Assembly (NCBI GenBank): GCA_049472315.1
Contig: JBLIRN010000004.1
Coordinates: forward strand, 32,001-96,000
Source of the DNA: a bacterium
GTDB lineage: Bacteria > SZUA-182 > DTGQ01 > JAFGSM01
Length of the DNA: 64,000 nt
Direction of reading: 5' to 3'
Shown piece by piece: positions 61,058 to 64,000 of this stretch. Each line of letters starts with the position of its first letter. Within the stretch, counting starts at the first letter, position 1. Made by a program: the position numbers and the translations under genes. The notes under the pieces are model-generated. The model ran no database searches. It saw nothing but the letters and a program-made list of their open reading frames with translations, and was not told the DNA's origin.

Positions 61058-61945
61058 ATGAAAAAACGTTTATCGCAATCACTCATTGTATTCGGGATCT
61101 TCCTGTGCCTTTTCCCCTGGGCAAACAAAGGCATTTGGGCCGCACCGCAGATACAATTCGATCACACCACCTTCGATTTCGGGAAGGTGATTCAAGGCCA
61201 GACGATCACCCATGTCTTCGAATTCCAAAACATTGGCGATGAGACCCTGAGCATCAAAAATGTAAAGGCCGGGTGAGGCTGCACCGCAGTCAATCTCTCG
61301 GAGAGAGATTTGGCCCCCGGGGCGACGGGACAGATCAAGACCACCCTGCATACAACCGGAAGGAAGGGGGCGTTAAAAAAGACCGTCTCCGTGGAGACAG
61401 CGGATCCCAATCAGCCCGTGATAAGGCTTTCATTGGTGGCCACGGTGGATGTTGAGCTCGACCCCCAGCCAATGACCGTCTATTTTAAGGATATGCAGCG
61501 AGGAGAGCAGAAAAACCAAAAGGTATCCCTCAAGAATACCGCTTCGTATCCGCTTCGGGTAACCGCAATAAATACCTATGATAAGCTTATCAAGGTCGAT
61601 CTTGTGAACCGTTCTATGCACCTGCCGGTGGAGTTACAACCGAATGAAAATCTGGATCTGCGGGTCAACCTCGACTATCAATCAAGGGGTTCCAGGTTCT
61701 CAAAACAGGTCGAGATAAATTACTCAGGGGGAAGGGCAGACGCCACCTTTTTGAGGGTCTATGCAACATTGAAGCCCGAACCGAAGACACCGCCTCAACA
61801 AGATGCACCATCGGATGCACCTCCCGCATCGGGAAGGGTCATTCAAAACGCACCCTCGCAATCCCCAGATCAAAGCCAAATACGTCAGAAAGAGCCCGAA
61901 TCTCGTGAAGATACAACAGCACAGCCCGCGCTCCCACAGGAGTGA
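61058..61945 (+). CDS. Secreted DUF1573-like tandem Ig-fold protein, probable selenoprotein (in-frame UGA 61274-61276)
   Basis: Two in-frame ORFs join as FDFG.V..HVFEF.N.G..LSI.NVKAG-U-GCTAVNLSERDLAPGATGQI, matching the CGCT motif. Hairpin downstream of the UGA. Confidence 0.85.
61289..61314 (+). other. Putative bacterial SECIS hairpin
   Basis: AATCTCTC-GGA-GAGAGATT, a perfect 8-bp stem starting 16 nt after the UGA, extendable with a bulged U. Confidence 0.7.
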
Positions 61946-62134
61946 CGCTGTATATTTCAGTCGCACAAAGGACAGTCCGCGCAGTACATCCCATGTCTTT
62001 AAAGGGCGTATACCCTGTGCACGGTTGAAAAGCGGAAGGCGCATCTGGATAACCATGCTTCCGGAGAACGCCCCTGCTATTCCAACATAATTGCCCTGAC
62101 AGCTCGCAATGCAGGCAGAAAGGAGGCACTGTCG

Positions 62135-63619
62135 ATGGGAGGAGAAAGGTTGAAGATCCTGTATGTGTCGTCGGAAGTAGCTCCTCTTTCCAAAACCGGT
62201 GGCTTGGCTGATGTTTCTGGTTCTCTCCCCAAAGCTATAAAGGCACTCGGACATGATGTGAGGGTAGTGACACCCTTCTATAAGATGGTGAAGAAGCATG
62301 TGAAATCCACCCAAAAGGTCCTGAATCGGCTGGATGTCCTTGTTTCCGACAAAGAGGTGAGAGGCTCCGTGGAGATGACCCAGATAGATGGCGGGGTGCC
62401 CGCCTACCTCATCAAAAAGGAGTCCTACTTCGGCCGTGATGACCTCTATACCACAAAACAGGGTGATTACAAGGATAACGCGGAACGCTTTGTATTCTTC
62501 TCCCGGGCAGTCCTCGAAATGCTCAAGCAGATCGATTTCAAGCCGGACATCATCCACTGTAACGACTGGCAGGCCGGATTGATCCCCACCTACCTGAAGA
62601 CCCTCTATCGAAAGGAGGATTTCTACAAGGATATATGCACCATCTTTACCATACACAACCTTGGCTATCAGGGGATCTTCTGGTCACTGGATATGCACCT
62701 CACCAATCTCCCCTGGGATATCTTCACCATCAACGGGATTGAATATTACGGAAATATAAGCTTCCTCAAGGCGGGAATGGTCTATGCCGACGCCCTTACC
62801 ACCGTGAGTAAGGGATACAGTAAAGAGATTCAGACCCCTGAATACGGCCTGGGCATGGACGGCATTCTGCGCACCAGGCAGAAGGACCTGTACGGCATAC
62901 TGAACGGTGCGGACTACGATCACTGGAGCCCCGATAAGGATCCTTACATCGTCGCACCCTATGACAAGAGCAACCTGGAAAACAAGACCAAGTGCAAACT
63001 TGACCTTCTCCAGGAATTCGGCCTCAAGTGCAGGGCAACCACACCGATCATCGGCATGATCTCCCGGCTGGCGGACCAGAAGGGATTCGATATCCTCGCC
63101 GAGTCCATTGACGAGCTCATGAAGATGGATATCATCTTTATCCTCCTCGGCACCGGGGATCAAAAGTACGAGGAGATGTTCACCCATATCGGCGACAAGT
63201 ACCCCAAAAAAACCGGGATCAGGATCGGGTTCGATAATGCCCTCGCCCACAAGATTGAAGCAGGGAGCGATATCTATCTCATGCCCTCCAAATACGAACC
63301 CTGCGGTCTCAACCAGATCTATAGCCTTCGCTATGGAACCATCCCCGTGGTACGGGCCACAGGAGGGCTGGACGACACCATCATCGATATCCACGCGGAC
63401 CCCCGGAAGGGGAACGGATTCAAGTTCTCCGACTACACCAGCAAGGGACTCTTGAGCACCATCAAGCGGGCCTGCGACTATTATTCCCACAAGGAGGCAT
63501 GGGCTCAATTGGTGTGGAGGGCCATGTCCCTGGAGTATTCGTGGGAAAAATCGGCCAGGGAATACCTCAAGCTCTATCAGGATACCCTGAAAAAACGGGT
63601 GATGGCGCCGGTCGGATAG
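62135..63619 (+). CDS. glgA: Glycogen synthase
   Basis: KTGGLADV, H.NDWQ, TIHNL.YQG, QKG and EPCGL.Q. Confidence 0.97.
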   Translation: MGGERLKILYVSSEVAPLSKTGGLADVSGSLPKAIKALGHDVRVVTPFYKMVKKHVKSTQKVLNRLDVLVSDKEVRGSVEMTQIDGGVPAYLIKKESYFGRDDLYTTKQGDYKDNAERFVFFSRAVLEMLKQIDFKPDIIHCNDWQAGLIPTYLKTLYRKEDFYKDICTIFTIHNLGYQGIFWSLDMHLTNLPWDIFTINGIEYYGNISFLKAGMVYADALTTVSKGYSKEIQTPEYGLGMDGILRTRQKDLYGILNGADYDHWSPDKDPYIVAPYDKSNLENKTKCKLDLLQEFGLKCRATTPIIGMISRLADQKGFDILAESIDELMKMDIIFILLGTGDQKYEEMFTHIGDKYPKKTGIRIGFDNALAHKIEAGSDIYLMPSKYEPCGLNQIYSLRYGTIPVVRATGGLDDTIIDIHADPRKGNGFKFSDYTSKGLLSTIKRACDYYSHKEAWAQLVWRAMSLEYSWEKSAREYLKLYQDTLKKRVMAPVG

Positions 63620-63652
63620 GGAGAAGGTACAAGGGTAAGGGTGTGTGACAAT

Positions 63653-64000
63653 CTATTGCCCGATCTTCGGGGGTTCCTTTATCGGAATCAAAAAGTGGAA
63701 GGCCGTACCCTGGTCCTTTTTTGAATCAAACCAGAATTTTCCCTGGTGGTTATTCTCTATTATTTCCTTGCACGAGAGCAATCCGAGTCCATTGCCATCC
63801 TTTTTGGTGGTAATGGGGTACTTGAAGAGAAAGGGCCTGATGCTTTCCGGAATACCGCATCCCTCGTCAATGATGCTCACGATGATGCTCCCCTGATACC
63901 TCTTCACGATGATATCGATCGTTCCCTGCTCCCTGGTTACATACCCCGCATTGATGAGGAGATTCTGAAGAACCCTCTTTATATCAAGGGTGTTGAAGAG
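63653..64000 (-). CDS. Sensor histidine kinase, C-terminal HATPase part (5' end outside the window)
   Basis: RVLQNLLINA, DEGCGI, TTKKDGNGLGL and GTAF; frame open to base 64000. Confidence 0.9.
   Translation of the reverse strand, partial: LFNTLDIKRVLQNLLINAGYVTREQGTIDIIVKRYQGSIIVSIIDEGCGIPESIRPFLFKYPITTKKDGNGLGLLSCKEIIENNHQGKFWFDSKKDQGTAFHFLIPIKEPPKIGQ

Noticed and set aside
61274..61276. Global UGA reassignment (code 4/25) or pseudogene
   Set aside because: Conserved genes such as gatA, recJ and trkH end properly at TGA. This UGA is at a Cys position with a hairpin and both halves are intact, so Sec is preferred.

Overview
Bacterial chromosomal window, about 55-57% GC by eye. Gene content resembles Deltaproteobacteria/Nitrospinota-like or candidate-phylum anaerobes; this is inference only. 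The backbone is housekeeping: uvrB, acpS, a Trk K+ uptake cluster, pilB-pilT-pilC-pilS-pilR, gatAB, hup, a DHH-CBS tRNA nucleotidyltransferase, scpA, pyrK-pyrD-recJ-rel, rpmB, serA, mnmG and glgA. No rRNA, tRNA, transposase or cas gene was recognised. Five unusual signals stand out. (1) Seven dispersed secreted proteins carry Gly/Tyr/Phe/Pro-rich low-complexity regions. Three share a C-terminal G-x-[WY]-x-G-x-W beta-barrel-like domain, most have Gln after the predicted signal cleavage, and two have near-consensus sigma-54 promoters. This is a candidate extracellular matrix/sheath system. (2) A DUF1573-like gene is split by an in-frame UGA at a Cys position (AG-U-GCT) followed by a SECIS-like hairpin, so it is probably a selenoprotein. 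An FmdB zinc-ribbon gene shows a second UGA plus hairpin with the same geometry. (3) An overlapping three-gene unit encodes a propeptide/inhibitor-like protein, a degenerate pseudo-kinase and a C39-like cysteine peptidase. (4) A PilZ-PilT fusion coexists with an MshEN-like PilB. (5) Two families of dispersed structured non-coding repeats carry GCGAAGCG-like motifs.
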